From: an uncultured cyanobacterium
GTDB taxonomy: Bacteria; Cyanobacteriota; Cyanobacteriia; Pseudanabaenales; Pseudanabaenaceae
Assembly (NCBI GenBank): GCA_963703315.1
Contig: OY969811.1
Coordinates: 1,856,001-1,920,000 of the forward strand
Direction of reading: 5' to 3'
DNA: 64,000 nucleotides
In this document: piece by piece, positions 30,412-41,023 of the stretch
Numbering within the stretch: position 1 is the stretch's first letter
Layout: each line of letters opens with the position of its first letter
Position numbers and translations under genes: made by a program
The notes under the pieces: model-generated
The model's input: only the letters and a program-made list of their open reading frames with translations
What the model was told of the DNA's origin: nothing
The model's database searches: none

Positions 30412-31540
30412 GGACTTACGCATTGACAAAATAGTAAAGATATGATGATTGTAAAGCAAGCGTTTATCTGATGGTGTTGGAGTGAGAGAACAGTCAAAAC
30501 CCTCAACAGCTAAGTGTAATTGCAACCTCTACACTTTATATTTGCTGGCTGAACCAAAGTATGTGAGTTGTCTGCGCCTAGCGGAGATCATGTCAGAGTT
30601 GAGTCACGACAGTGTGAACCGTTTTTTATTGCGGGAAAATTACACACCCCAAGACTTGTTTGACGAGGTGAAAGGGGAACTTATTTTTGAAGGAGGAACA
30701 GCGAGTATTGATGATAGTGTCGTGGATAAGCCTTACCGTGACCTCAAAAGAACAGAGTTATTGGGATACTTTTGGTCAGGGAAACACAAACGAACCGTTA
30801 AGGGTCTCAACCTGATTACCTTGTATTACACCGATATAGCAGGAAACGCATATCCAGTGAACTTTCGGATTTATGATAAACAGGAGGGCAAGACTAAAAA
30901 CGACTATTTTTTAGAGATGATGAGACAAATCCGAGACTGGGGTCTGAAGCCGAATTGGGTGACGGGTGATAGTTGGTATGCAAGTCTTGAGAATCTGAAA
31001 TTCCTCAGAAACGAGGGGGTAGGTTTTCTAGTTGGAGTTGCCAACAATCGTAAAGTTTCTCAAGAACAAGGCAAAGAAGTTCAGATACAAACCTTGGAGA
31101 TTACTGATAGTGGGTTAGTGGTCTATCTCAAAGAATTCGGCTGGGTCAAGGTGTTTCGTCAGGACTTCAAAAACGAAGCTCGATATTACATCCTTCACCT
31201 CCAAGATTTAGAAGCACTCAAACAACTCACTCGCATAGAGTTCAAACAAGTCCATGACAGACATTGGCAAATTGAATGTTTCCACAGGGTTATCAAGCAA
31301 GTTTGTAATATTGAGCGCTTTCAGGTCAGGGATACACAAGCGATTCGTAATCATTTCTTTTGCTCCCTCCGTGCTTTTGCCAAGTTACAAAAGATGCGAA
31401 TTGATGGCTTAATCGATAATTTGTATCAGGTATCGAGGGATTTATTTATACCTGTCATTCGTCAATTTATCTTGGAAAATCTCACACAATCTGTCTCAGT
31501 TTGACTTCATATCTCGCTATTTCTGTCAATGCGTAAGTCC
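30412..31540 (+). mobile_element. IS701-family insertion sequence
   Basis: Perfect 17-bp TIR GGACTTACGCATTGACA (imperfect to ~34 bp), TA on both sides, single transposase, no HIP1 inside. Confidence 0.9.
30482..31504 (+). CDS. IS701-family DDE transposase
   Basis: SHDSVNRFL, IDDSVVDKPY, GDSWY, WQIECFHR..KQ. Confidence 0.9.
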   Translation: MREQSKPSTAKCNCNLYTLYLLAEPKYVSCLRLAEIMSELSHDSVNRFLLRENYTPQDLFDEVKGELIFEGGTASIDDSVVDKPYRDLKRTELLGYFWSGKHKRTVKGLNLITLYYTDIAGNAYPVNFRIYDKQEGKTKNDYFLEMMRQIRDWGLKPNWVTGDSWYASLENLKFLRNEGVGFLVGVANNRKVSQEQGKEVQIQTLEITDSGLVVYLKEFGWVKVFRQDFKNEARYYILHLQDLEALKQLTRIEFKQVHDRHWQIECFHRVIKQVCNIERFQVRDTQAIRNHFFCSLRAFAKLQKMRIDGLIDNLYQVSRDLFIPVIRQFILENLTQSVSV

Positions 31541-32167
31541 TAGACTACTAGAACCTAGATATTTACCGATCGCTGGTGAATAAATTTCATAGATCATCGT
31601 GATTGGTTCGCCCCCATGCCATAGCAAATAATGTCTGCCCCAATAGGTATCGATCTCTGGATAACCAAAGGCATCAGCGAGGTTAGGACTCCGTCCTTTA
31701 TAAATACCCTTAAGATCCCGATAAAGCTCGGTATATTTTTGATTAAGGCTGACCCAAATGGGCAAAGATGGATCTTTAAGATATTTTTGCATCGTTGCCT
31801 CTGACCACCAAGATGTCGCATGGGAGAAGATTTCACCCGTTTGCTGCGATCGCAAAAAGATTTGACGGCGAATCCGAGGCGCAGCGATCGCTGAAATATC
31901 CGATGGAGCGTTGTCATCATCATCGCCAATGGGAGTCATCGCCACCACATCCACTGATATTTCTGATTGTGTTAATAGCTGCAAATGGCGGGTTGGTGCG
32001 CCATCACCCATCAAAAACATTTGCCAAGTTGGGGACAATAGGTTAAAAGGCAAACCTTTACGAATATCGGCTTCACTACCTTGCCACATCGGTTCTTCGA
32101 TGCGATTCCATACAGAGATAGAGGGAGTTTTCGAGCTTAGGCTACTTGGAGGAGATGAAAGTTTCAT
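31526..32167 (-). CDS. Chorismate lyase (UbiC/Ycf21, DUF98)
   Basis: GDGAPTRHLQLLT, RRQIFL, ATSWW, WGRHYLLWHGGEP..IYEIYSP; last 4 codons come from the IS end. Confidence 0.88.
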   Translation of the reverse strand: MKLSSPPSSLSSKTPSISVWNRIEEPMWQGSEADIRKGLPFNLLSPTWQMFLMGDGAPTRHLQLLTQSEISVDVVAMTPIGDDDDNAPSDISAIAAPRIRRQIFLRSQQTGEIFSHATSWWSEATMQKYLKDPSLPIWVSLNQKYTELYRDLKGIYKGRSPNLADAFGYPEIDTYWGRHYLLWHGGEPITMIYEIYSPAIGKYLGSSSLGLTH

Positions 32168-32250
32168 ACAGGATTTCTCTTAACAATCCGTAACATATTC
32201 CCCATTGTAGTCTAAACAAAAAGCAACTCGCTCCGCGAGTTGCTTTTTGT

Positions 32251-33090
32251 TCAAGACATTCTCAACAGCCTAATTTGAGCAACAATGAAAATTGCAGGAA
32301 TGATCCGCCCGTAATTAGTGGCGATCGCCCTCCAACCGAGATCTGCAAAAAACAATCCCCAGAGCGCAGGTGTAATCACGGAAAATACTGTCCGCGCCGC
32401 CGTATACTGCGTTGCCGCCGCCGCCATCCCCCGTTTCGCAAGATAGGTAGAAACATAGGCATTGAGCCGCGTTGCGATCGCGGTTCCACCAGCCTTCAAC
32501 ACTTCGTAACCCACTTGATAGGATGCAAAGTGCCATGCCATCTGACGGGCGATCGCCGTAAGCACTGCCGAACGAATCACCGTACTCACCGCGATCGCAC
32601 TACCACCCTTGACGAGTAAACTCATCGGATTGCGCTGAGCATCAAGGGGCAAGGATTTTTTTAAATCTGACTCCGTAATAGCTGCTTGTAGCGAATCATC
32701 AATACTTGAGCGCTCTTGAGGCGAGAGTTTTTTCCATGAGTTGCTAATTAAATTCAGAAATAATTCAGACTCAATATCTTCAACGGTCTGATTTTTAGAA
32801 TATTTAATATTTAAATGCTGACATACACGTTCTAAAACCTCACGGTAGCTGACATGATCAGTTTTACGTCGTAAAACCGTCAAACCATCAGCAGCTAGAA
32901 ATCGAAATCGCTTGGCGATCGCCTCAATCAGTTCATCGCGATCCCAGCTTTGTAATTCTTTGATAGGTGGAGTCGCTAAATAATCAAGGGGATTGAACTT
33001 GCGCCGAAAGAGGATATCCGCAATTTGGGATAGCTCCTCATCGGTTGCTAACGCTAGCACATTGCTTAATTCGTCCATTGCCCCATCCAT
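32251..33090 (-). CDS. YaaW-family protein
   Basis: LATDEEL, RFRFLAADG..VL, DLGWRAIATNYGRIIP..F..AQIRL. Confidence 0.85.
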   Translation of the reverse strand: MDGAMDELSNVLALATDEELSQIADILFRRKFNPLDYLATPPIKELQSWDRDELIEAIAKRFRFLAADGLTVLRRKTDHVSYREVLERVCQHLNIKYSKNQTVEDIESELFLNLISNSWKKLSPQERSSIDDSLQAAITESDLKKSLPLDAQRNPMSLLVKGGSAIAVSTVIRSAVLTAIARQMAWHFASYQVGYEVLKAGGTAIATRLNAYVSTYLAKRGMAAAATQYTAARTVFSVITPALWGLFFADLGWRAIATNYGRIIPAIFIVAQIRLLRMS

Positions 33091-33358
33091 TGATTTTTAA
33101 CGAACAGTATCTAAAGCTTACTTAAGCTTAAGAGATTCTAGTACTAATTCCTGAAATGACAAAGTTATATAAAGAACCAATTTCTTGTAGCGTGGCTTTG
33201 CCGCGCCACAAGAAACATGGCTGACTATGAAAATATTATAGGGTGCTTATTAATTGGTGATTTTGGTTATCGGTTTTAAGAACTGCGATCGCGATAAACG
33301 TTTGTGGGGTTCGCTTCAGTTAAACTAAAGATAGTTATTTTAAGAAAATTAAGTATAT

Positions 33359-35281
33359 ATGCGGTTAAGTGATGTTACCCACCCCAACCAATTGCATGGT
33401 CTGACGATCTCGCAATTGGAGTCCATAGCCAAGGAAATTCGGCAAAAACATTTAGAAACGATCGCTGCCACAGGTGGACATTTAGGACCTGGGCTAGGTG
33501 TAGTCGAGCTAACCCTCGCTTTGTACCAAACCCTCGATCTAGATCGCGACAAGGTAGTTTGGGACGTAGGACACCAAGCTTATCCCCACAAATTGATTAC
33601 TGGACGTTACAAAAACTTCCATACCCTGCGTCAAAAAGATGGCATCGCAGGTTATCTCAACCGTCGCGAAAGCGAGTTTGACCATTTCGGTGCTGGTCAT
33701 GCTTCCACCAGTATTTCCGCAGCCCTCGGCATGGCGATCGCCCGTGACTTGCAAGGCGAAAACTACAAAACTGTGGCGATTATCGGTGATGGCTCGTTGA
33801 CAGGCGGCATGGCGCTTGAAGCAATCAATCATGCAGGACATCTTCCCAAAACTAATTTATTAGTTGTCCTCAATGACAATGAAATGTCGATTTCCGCTAA
33901 CGTGGGCGCAATTCCCAAGTATCTAAATAAGCTGCGCCTCAGTCCCCCGATGAAATTTATTACTAACAATCTAGAGGGACAAATTCGCAATATTCCCTTT
34001 GTTGGTGAACAGATCAGCCCTGAGATCGAAAGAATCAAGGACAATCTCAAGATTGTGACAATGGTACAAAACAAAGTCGGAGCCGTATTTGAAGAACTTG
34101 GCTTTACTTACATTGGACCTGTTGATGGTCACAACCTCAAGGAATTGATCGACACCTTCAAGATGGCGCATACGCTCACAGGTCCCGTCATGGTTCATGT
34201 CAGCACTACCAAAGGTAAAGGCTATAGCTATGCGGAAGCCGATCGCGTTGGCTACCATGCCCAAAACTCCTTTGACCTCGCTACAGGCAAAGCGAAACCC
34301 TCGGCTTCCAGTAGTAAGCCAAAGCCTCCCAGCTATTCTAAAGTTTTTGCAGATACACTGATCAAGCTTGCTGAGCATGACAAGCGCATTGTCGCCATTA
34401 CCGCCGCCATGTCCACAGGCACAGGCTTAGATAAGTTCCAAGCCGCATTACCAAATCAATTTATCGATGTCGGTATTGCTGAGCAGCACGCCCTCACCGT
34501 CGCCGCAGGTATGGCTTGCGAAGGAATGCGCCCCGTTGCCGCGATTTATTCCACCTTCCTCCAACGTGGTTTTGACCAGATCATCCATGATATTTGCATC
34601 CAAGACCTACCTGTTTTTCTCTGTCTCGATCGCGCAGGTATCGTTGGTGCTGATGGTCCTACCCACCAAGGAATGTATGACATTGCCTATCTGCGCTGCA
34701 TTCCCAACATGGTGCTAATGGCTCCTAAGGATGAAGCCGAAATGCAGAACATGATCGTTACTGGCTTGACCCATCATGGACCGATCGCTATGCGTTATCC
34801 TCGCGGTAACGGTGTGGGCGCACCATTGCAAGATGAAGATATCGAGCCATTACCAATTGGTAAAGCGGAAGTATTGCGCGAAGGTAAGGATGTACTGCTT
34901 CTAGCCTATGGCTCAATGGTCTATCCTTCCTTGCAAGTTGCCGAACTCCTGAATGAGCATGGAATTAGCGCCACTGTGGTTAATGCCCGATTCGCCAAAC
35001 CTTTAGATACTGAGTTGATTCTGCCCCTTGCTCAAAAGATTGGGAAAGTAGTCACTCTTGAAGAAGGTTGCTTGATGGGTGGTTTTGGTAGTGCTGTACT
35101 GGAAGCTTTGAATGATGCAAATGTGCTGGCTCCCGTTTACCGCATTGGTGTTCCCGATATTCTCGTTGAACACGCTTCGCCAGAGCAGTCTTTCAATTCC
35201 CTCGGTCTATCCAGTGGTCAAATCTGCGATCGCATTCTTAATCAGTTTGCCTTTAATAAACAACCTGCAATTAGTAACTAA
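33359..35281 (+). CDS. dxs: 1-deoxy-D-xylulose-5-phosphate synthase
   Basis: [48 protein letters not shown]. Confidence 0.98.
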   Translation: MRLSDVTHPNQLHGLTISQLESIAKEIRQKHLETIAATGGHLGPGLGVVELTLALYQTLDLDRDKVVWDVGHQAYPHKLITGRYKNFHTLRQKDGIAGYLNRRESEFDHFGAGHASTSISAALGMAIARDLQGENYKTVAIIGDGSLTGGMALEAINHAGHLPKTNLLVVLNDNEMSISANVGAIPKYLNKLRLSPPMKFITNNLEGQIRNIPFVGEQISPEIERIKDNLKIVTMVQNKVGAVFEELGFTYIGPVDGHNLKELIDTFKMAHTLTGPVMVHVSTTKGKGYSYAEADRVGYHAQNSFDLATGKAKPSASSSKPKPPSYSKVFADTLIKLAEHDKRIVAITAAMSTGTGLDKFQAALPNQFIDVGIAEQHALTVAAGMACEGMRPVAAIYSTFLQRGFDQIIHDICIQDLPVFLCLDRAGIVGADGPTHQGMYDIAYLRCIPNMVLMAPKDEAEMQNMIVTGLTHHGPIAMRYPRGNGVGAPLQDEDIEPLPIGKAEVLREGKDVLLLAYGSMVYPSLQVAELLNEHGISATVVNARFAKPLDTELILPLAQKIGKVVTLEEGCLMGGFGSAVLEALNDANVLAPVYRIGVPDILVEHASPEQSFNSLGLSSGQICDRILNQFAFNKQPAISN

Positions 35282-35292
35282 TTAAATGCGGA

Positions 35293-35388
35293 AACTAAAA
35301 ATGGTTATGCCATTTTTAGTTGAAAAACCTTGCGGGGTTTGTTTTTTAATTCAGGGAAATGTGACCACACTTCCCTGAATTAGTATCA
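35293..35388. repeat. 'ataccaattc'-family MITE (reverse orientation)
   Basis: Reverse complement aligns with 42390-42497; two internal stems. Confidence 0.7.
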
Positions 35389-35402
35389 GGAGAAGATTCG
35401 TA

Positions 35403-35999
35403 ATGGCTTATAGTGACTTCACATTAGCGCGAGTTAAGGAAGAACTTGGGTTAACCGTTAAAGAAGGCAAAAGTCTATTTGATAACATTTCCCCAGTAGC
35501 TCCCTCTGCATATCTTCAGGAAAGCTTAAAACGCGCTGAGTCCTTTGTGACTTTAGTTAATACTGAGAAAGTGAGATCAGAATTTTTGATTGCACCAATC
35601 TTGGGCGAAATCAGAATGCAATTACAACCAGAAATTAGCTTGTTCTCTGGAACTGAGTTTAATGTGGATGCCTCACTAGGGCTACAAGGCTTTTGTGATT
35701 TTATTTTGAGCAAATCATCGGAACAGATAGATATTACGGCTCCTGTAATGGCGATCGCGGAAGCAAAAAATGAAAGTATTCGCAGTGGTTTAGGTCAATG
35801 TCTAGCAGAGATGTTTGCCGCCCAAATCTTTAATCAACGTCATGGGCAACTATGCGATCGCATCTATGGCGCAGTCACTACAGGCAGTTTATGGCGCTTT
35901 CTGATCCTAGAAGATAATATTGCTTATATCGATCAACCTGAATATTTCATTGGCAATGTTGATAAAATACTTGGCATTTTGATGTTGCCATTCGTATAA
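35403..35999 (+). CDS. Cyanobacterial PD-(D/E)XK-like hypothetical protein
   Basis: MAYSDFTL, EKVRSEFLIAP, GFCDF, EAKNE, GQCLAEM, GAVTTG..W.F. Confidence 0.8.
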   Translation: MAYSDFTLARVKEELGLTVKEGKSLFDNISPVAPSAYLQESLKRAESFVTLVNTEKVRSEFLIAPILGEIRMQLQPEISLFSGTEFNVDASLGLQGFCDFILSKSSEQIDITAPVMAIAEAKNESIRSGLGQCLAEMFAAQIFNQRHGQLCDRIYGAVTTGSLWRFLILEDNIAYIDQPEYFIGNVDKILGILMLPFV

Positions 36000-36000
36000 C

Positions 36001-36074
36001 TATAGCTGCTGCCAATCTTGCCCAAAGCCAGAATTGAGTTGCGCCGCGAAGCGGTGCAACTCAATTCTGGCTTT
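36001..36074. repeat. REP-like hairpin with tatagc leader
   Basis: aaagccagaattgagttgcgccgc-gaa-gcggtgcaactcaattctggcttt. Confidence 0.75.
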
Positions 36075-36086
36075 GTGATTTCTATT

Positions 36087-36761
36087 TTAAATAAGACTGT
36101 TCTGAACTTTGCAAATTGCTTTTAAAACCTGTAATAGCTTTTCGGAAGATTCAGGTTCCATTAAATGTAGTGATGGCAATGGTTGATAAGTGGAATAAGA
36201 GTTTTGCTCAGCACTTTGTTGAATGTATACAAACTCGTAGTACACACCATTAGTCGTTAATCCCCATACCGCTTTTTGATTTTCTAAACTCTTATAGGCA
36301 TAAGTCAGTAATTGCGGTAAACCTTCCGATGCACTGACACTCGTATTCTTTGATTCGATCGCTAAAACCCAAAAAGCAATATCGTTGGCTCGCGGACGAT
36401 CTTTGTTAATACAGATGAGATCTAAGCGCCCTGTAATACTAATATCTTCATCTTCAATATTAATTCGATCTATTTCCTGTTCCATTCGCATCTTGATCGG
36501 CGCACGATAAAATCCTGCTAGCCTTAGTAATGGCAAAATCGACAAGGCTTTGACCATGCCCTCTAAAACTTTTCCATCCGTCAGATAATTTTTGAAGTCA
36601 TTCCGAATTTGAGTCAGTTCAGAAATTTCAAATTCCGACAATGGCTCTAATTGCAACAAAGATTTAAAAGAGCCATAGGAAAGCTCTTGAAATTTTAAGT
36701 AATGATAAACCTGATCTAAGGTCAAGGTACTAGCGTTGAGGACGGTCATTGTTTTTGCCAA
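36087..36761 (-). CDS. Type I restriction enzyme R N-terminal-like (PD-(D/E)XK) protein
   Basis: GRLDL, IESKN, GLPQLLTY, WGLTTNG. Confidence 0.78.
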   Translation of the reverse strand: MAKTMTVLNASTLTLDQVYHYLKFQELSYGSFKSLLQLEPLSEFEISELTQIRNDFKNYLTDGKVLEGMVKALSILPLLRLAGFYRAPIKMRMEQEIDRINIEDEDISITGRLDLICINKDRPRANDIAFWVLAIESKNTSVSASEGLPQLLTYAYKSLENQKAVWGLTTNGVYYEFVYIQQSAEQNSYSTYQPLPSLHLMEPESSEKLLQVLKAICKVQNSLI

Positions 36762-36795
36762 AATGCTTAATCTGAATTATAGCTTTTGCCAGTCT

Positions 36796-36858
36796 AGTGA
36801 AGTAGGGGATTATTTCCCCGCCGAAGGCGGGGAAATAATCCCCTACTTCGCTGCTATA
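36796..36858. repeat. REP-like hairpin with gctata end
   Basis: gaagtaggggattatttccccgcc-gaa-ggcggggaaataatcccctacttc. Confidence 0.8.
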
Positions 36859-36897
36859 AAAAGATTTGGTATCTCTTCGTGCCGCCTAATCTCCTCG

Positions 36898-37296
36898 CTA
36901 TTGCAATGCATTAGTGACAACATTAGAGAATTTTTTAAGATAGACAAACCTTTGTAAGAACTTAACTAAAATTCCTACATAATCAATCTCAATCTGATTA
37001 ACTTTTAGCCAAATTGCAGTGAGATTAATTGCGAAACAGGTAATTCCCAAAAACATCAAAATAAATGTGGGAGCCATAACTACGCCGATGATGTACCAAC
37101 TAATTACATGGAAAATCATCAGTAAGGCGTAAATAATCGCGCTAGCACTAATTGTAAAAATTTGGACGGGCGATCGCTTTAAAATTGTAAACAAAATCGT
37201 TTGTGAAGTGGCGATCAAGTTAGCGGGTACGAGAAATGCACAGATGGCGATGCAGTGCGATCGCGAAAACTCATTTAAACAATGCAAATCGAGCAT
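36898..37296 (-). CDS. Cyanobacterial membrane hypothetical protein
   Basis: EFSRSHCIAICAFLVPANL.AT.Q, HV.SW..IGVVM.PTFIL. Confidence 0.8.
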   Translation of the reverse strand: MLDLHCLNEFSRSHCIAICAFLVPANLIATSQTILFTILKRSPVQIFTISASAIIYALLMIFHVISWYIIGVVMAPTFILMFLGITCFAINLTAIWLKVNQIEIDYVGILVKFLQRFVYLKKFSNVVTNALQ

Positions 37297-37407
37297 TCAA
37301 TTAATCCTTATCTATTCCCTCACAGATTTCTCAAAGATGAGTTAATCCATTGTTACGACTTTGTACACCGTAACATGATCATCTTATTTCTTGAGTATTT
37401 GTTACTA

Positions 37408-37464
37408 ATCGCAAGAAAAATAAAAAAGAGGCGCTAAGCGCCTCTTTTTTATTTTTCTTGCGAT
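37408..37464. repeat. Perfect 27-bp hairpin overlapping last 16 nt of the FIST gene
   Basis: atcgcaagaaaaataaaaaagaggcgc-taa-gcgcctcttttttatttttcttgcgat. Confidence 0.88.
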
Positions 37465-38669
37465 GTTTTCTGTCTGACAATCCCAAATACTGATGTGTAT
37501 CCATGCAAAAACGTAGTTCCACCCACAGGACCAATTTCTCCTGAACAGAAAAAGCCACTCAATGGAATTAGCCCAGCGTGTCTTTGTAATAACTCAGAAT
37601 CAAAGTTTGGCTTTTCGTATAGCCTTTCACCACGACCCATACAGGAAAACATTAAAGCGGCGCTAGGAGATACATGGGGAGCTTCTAAACTTAATTGATT
37701 ACTGTAATTGACCAAAGCCTCTTCCAAATCTTCAGCCGAAGCTTTACGATCGCGCAAGTGTAGTTGAATCCTTTGCCCTGGACGCATCCGATCGCCCACA
37801 GCGATCGCTCCAGAGCGTGGATCAACGCCAATGATATTCCGAATCAAAAAGTCACCCTGTGATGGATTTACCTTAAATTCATTCATCACCACCCCAATAA
37901 ATAATGAGTGCTGGGCAAGTTCGCGATCGCTTTGACTTAAGTCACCCACCGTATCTTGCAACAGGCTCAGGGGTGGCTTACCCTCTAAACCTAAGATTAA
38001 ATTACGTTCACACTCAGAAACCTGCATAATCTTGCCAATCGGACGACACCCCTGAGCGACTACAGGATCAATTGTTATGCCTCCCCACAATGCCACACCG
38101 AGTAGCCCCGTACGATAAAGCTTATATTTACCTTCTTCATGGAAGCAAAATAACGCATTTGCCCCCATCCCCCCACTGCTGGACAAACCACCAACCTTCA
38201 CCGCATGGGGATAAGCAAAATCTAGCCCCTGAATTAGATCATTAACTGGGAATGAAAATGGATCGGCAACTAACACAAAACTAGGGGCAACCGATGGATC
38301 AACATTGGTTAATTTTTCCCAGCGATCGGGAGAGCTATCAAGATCAGGTAAGTCACTATCATCTAAATGAAATACTCTAGCTTCAGCATTTGGTAAATGC
38401 CCTACTAACAAAGCGATCGCGGGCTTGTCTTCAAACTCGCGACCATTACCAACTATGCCCCCACCAGAACAACCAATTAACTTTTTGATTGGCAGCTTAT
38501 CCGCAAGTAAGGGCAATAAACGAGGGTAATCACTGGCAAAGGCGGTAGAAATAAATAAAAACCCTAAATCGAGCGAGCAATCACCAAGCGCTGAAATAAC
38601 TTGCTGGGATATATCTTGCACCGCCGCTTCTAAAGATATCTTCGTCGAAAGACTACTAAACCACTTCAT
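37449..38669 (-). CDS. FIST N/C domain protein
   Basis: GCSGGGIVG, VAQGCRPIG, FSCMGRG, GFFCSGEIGP..G..FLHGYT. Confidence 0.92.
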   Translation of the reverse strand: MKWFSSLSTKISLEAAVQDISQQVISALGDCSLDLGFLFISTAFASDYPRLLPLLADKLPIKKLIGCSGGGIVGNGREFEDKPAIALLVGHLPNAEARVFHLDDSDLPDLDSSPDRWEKLTNVDPSVAPSFVLVADPFSFPVNDLIQGLDFAYPHAVKVGGLSSSGGMGANALFCFHEEGKYKLYRTGLLGVALWGGITIDPVVAQGCRPIGKIMQVSECERNLILGLEGKPPLSLLQDTVGDLSQSDRELAQHSLFIGVVMNEFKVNPSQGDFLIRNIIGVDPRSGAIAVGDRMRPGQRIQLHLRDRKASAEDLEEALVNYSNQLSLEAPHVSPSAALMFSCMGRGERLYEKPNFDSELLQRHAGLIPLSGFFCSGEIGPVGGTTFLHGYTSVFGIVRQKTSQEK

Positions 38670-38908
38670 ACGCCTAACCCAAAATTAAGTTCATTTTTAG
38701 ATTTGTTTCCAGATATTTACCTATAAATCACTTAAAAATTGCTTAGGTAGACTCTATATCTTTAATCTAAGCTTAATATTTAAGCTTACCTTGCAGCGAC
38801 ATTATTCCCCCATTTTTAATCAAGTCTTCGATCAAGACTTGGTGGGATGCTTAAATCACAGTAAAATATTTCTGGTAAAAATTTTTTGGTAGCAGTTGTT
38901 GGTAACTA

Positions 38909-39105
38909 AGTAAGCCTAATTAAATATAAAAACCTAAAAACCGTGATGTACGCTGCGCGTGCGCCACAATTTTTAGATATGGGTTTTACAGCACCTTCCG
39001 ATCCAATGAACCACTAGAACTTTTTGAAAGTGTTGCAAAGCAACACTTTCAAAAAGTTCCGAGTTCGGGTTTGAGCGCAAAGCGCTGTAATTATGCCGAG
39101 GTACT
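38909..39105. mobile_element. Composite MITE: 99-bp cagc...gcgctg element (38989-39087) nested at TA within an agta...tact element
   Basis: TA at 38987-8 and 39088-9 (inner), 38907-8 and 39106-7 (outer); inner element homologous to 45697-45797. Confidence 0.82.
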
Positions 39106-39137
39106 TAGTTGACCAAAAGACTAGTTGCCAAGTTTAA

Positions 39138-39187
39138 GTTATATATAGTTTACAAACTTTACAAATACGTTTACAGATACATTTACT
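39138..39187 (+). promoter_or_regulatory. Cluster of TTTACA half-sites upstream of apcF (HLR1/RpaB-like)
   Basis: TTACA at 39150, 39159, 39171 and TTACT at 39183; spacing is not the canonical 10 bp. Confidence 0.35.
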
Positions 39188-39218
39188 TTATTAAACCTAA
39201 GTCAACGGAAACAACTAT

Positions 39219-39719
39219 ATGCCACAGGATACAATCAGCAGCCTCATCAATTCTTACGATGCTACTGGAAAATATTTTGATCGGGATGCATTGGATACAC
39301 TCAAATCCTACTTTTCCACAGGAACTGCCCGTTTAAGTGCTTCGGCATTAATCACTGCTAATGCGGCTTCACTAGTGCGAAAGGCTGGTTCACAGTTGTT
39401 TGAAGAAGTTCCCGATCTCATTCGCCCAGGTGGTAACGCTTATACAACTCGCCGTTTTGCTGCTTGCCTACGTGATTTGGACTACTACTTGCGCTATGCT
39501 TCCTACGCTCTGGTTGCTGGCAATAATGATGTTTTAGACGAAAGAGTACTGCAAGGCTTGCGTGATACCTATAGCTCTCTAGGCGTACCCATCGGGCCAA
39601 CCGTACAGGGGATTCAAATCCTGAAGCAGCTTGTTTTTGACTTGGTGGGTGACAGCGCTGATTGGCTGGGCGCACCTTTTGACTACATGACTCGCGAACT
39701 CAGCGAAAAGAATATCTAA
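39219..39719 (+). CDS. apcF: Allophycocyanin beta-18 subunit
   Basis: YD.TG.YFDRDA, LFEEVPDLIRPGGNAYTTRRFAACLRD, stand-alone location. Confidence 0.9.
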   Translation: MPQDTISSLINSYDATGKYFDRDALDTLKSYFSTGTARLSASALITANAASLVRKAGSQLFEEVPDLIRPGGNAYTTRRFAACLRDLDYYLRYASYALVAGNNDVLDERVLQGLRDTYSSLGVPIGPTVQGIQILKQLVFDLVGDSADWLGAPFDYMTRELSEKNI

Positions 39720-39831
39720 GCAAACAAAAAAACAAAGGAGCGCGATGCGCTCCTTTGTTTTTATTCTTCAAAATGATTTAAGATTGTTAATAATCGCGTA
39801 AGCTCGATTTTGTCTAGGAGAGATTTTATAT

Positions 39832-40911
39832 ATGGCTTTAGTACCAATGCGTCTGCTGCTCGATCATGCGGCTGAGAATAATTACGGCATTCCTGCGTTT
39901 AATGTCAATAACTTAGAGCAGATCCAAGCAATTTTGAAGGCTGCTGACGAAACCAACAGCCCTGTGATCCTGCAAGCATCTCGTGGTGCTCGCTCCTATG
40001 CTGGTGAAAATTTCTTGCGTCACTTGATTTTGGCTGCTGCCGAAACCTATCCTCATCTTCCCATCGTGATGCACCAAGATCACGGTAATGCCCCTTCAAC
40101 TTGCTATTCGGCAATTAAGCATGGCTTTACCAGTGTGATGATGGATGGTTCCTTAGAAGCTGATGCTAAGACTCCTGCTAGCTATGAGTACAACGTTGCT
40201 GTTACCTCAGAAGTAGTTAAGGTTGCCCATTCGATCGGTGCTAGCGTCGAAGGTGAACTTGGTTGCTTAGGTTCTCTCGAAACTGGTAAGGGTGAAGCTG
40301 AAGATGGACATGGTTTTGAAGGTGCTTTAGACCATTCTCAACTTTTGACCGATCCTGAAGAAGCTGCTGACTTCGTTGAGCGGACTCAAGTCGATGCTTT
40401 GGCTGTGGCGATCGGTACTAGTCACGGTGCTTATAAGTTTACACGCAAGCCTACTGGCGAAATTCTTGCCATTAGCCGCATTGAAGAAATTCACCGTCTC
40501 TTGCCTAATACTCACCTTGTCATGCATGGTTCTTCTTCAGTTCCTGAAGATTTACTTGCGATGATCAATGAGTATGGTGGTGCAATTCCTGAAACCTACG
40601 GTGTACCTGTTGAAGAAATTCAAAAGGGCATTAAGTCTGGTGTGCGTAAGGTTAATATCGATACCGACTGTCGCCTTGCGATTACTGCTGCGGTTCGTGA
40701 AGCTTTGGCTAAGAATCCTAAGGAATTCGATCCTCGCCACTTCTTGAAGCCTTCGATCAAGTATATGCAAAAAGTATGTGCCGATCGCTATGTTCAGTTT
40801 GAAGCTGCTGGTCAAGCTAGCAAGATTAAGCAAGTTGGTCTTGATGAGTTTGCGGCTAAGTACGCTAAGGGAGAATTGACCCAAGTTCGTCGTCAAGTTG
40901 TTAATGCTTAA
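39832..40911 (+). CDS. fbaA: Fructose-bisphosphate aldolase class II
   Basis: [38 protein letters not shown]. Confidence 0.98.
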   Translation: MALVPMRLLLDHAAENNYGIPAFNVNNLEQIQAILKAADETNSPVILQASRGARSYAGENFLRHLILAAAETYPHLPIVMHQDHGNAPSTCYSAIKHGFTSVMMDGSLEADAKTPASYEYNVAVTSEVVKVAHSIGASVEGELGCLGSLETGKGEAEDGHGFEGALDHSQLLTDPEEAADFVERTQVDALAVAIGTSHGAYKFTRKPTGEILAISRIEEIHRLLPNTHLVMHGSSSVPEDLLAMINEYGGAIPETYGVPVEEIQKGIKSGVRKVNIDTDCRLAITAAVREALAKNPKEFDPRHFLKPSIKYMQKVCADRYVQFEAAGQASKIKQVGLDEFAAKYAKGELTQVRRQVVNA

Positions 40912-40951
40912 GTATTAACACAGCTTTTCTAATAAAGCTTGTTTAACAATT

Positions 40952-40990
40952 AAAAAATATAAGGGACGCAATGCGTCCCTTATATTTTTT
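40952..40990. terminator. Hairpin after fbaA
   Basis: aaaaaatataagggacgc-aat-gcgtcccttatatttttt. Confidence 0.7.
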
Positions 40991-41023
40991 GAATATAATA
41001 CGAACCTCACCTAAATTTTGCTC

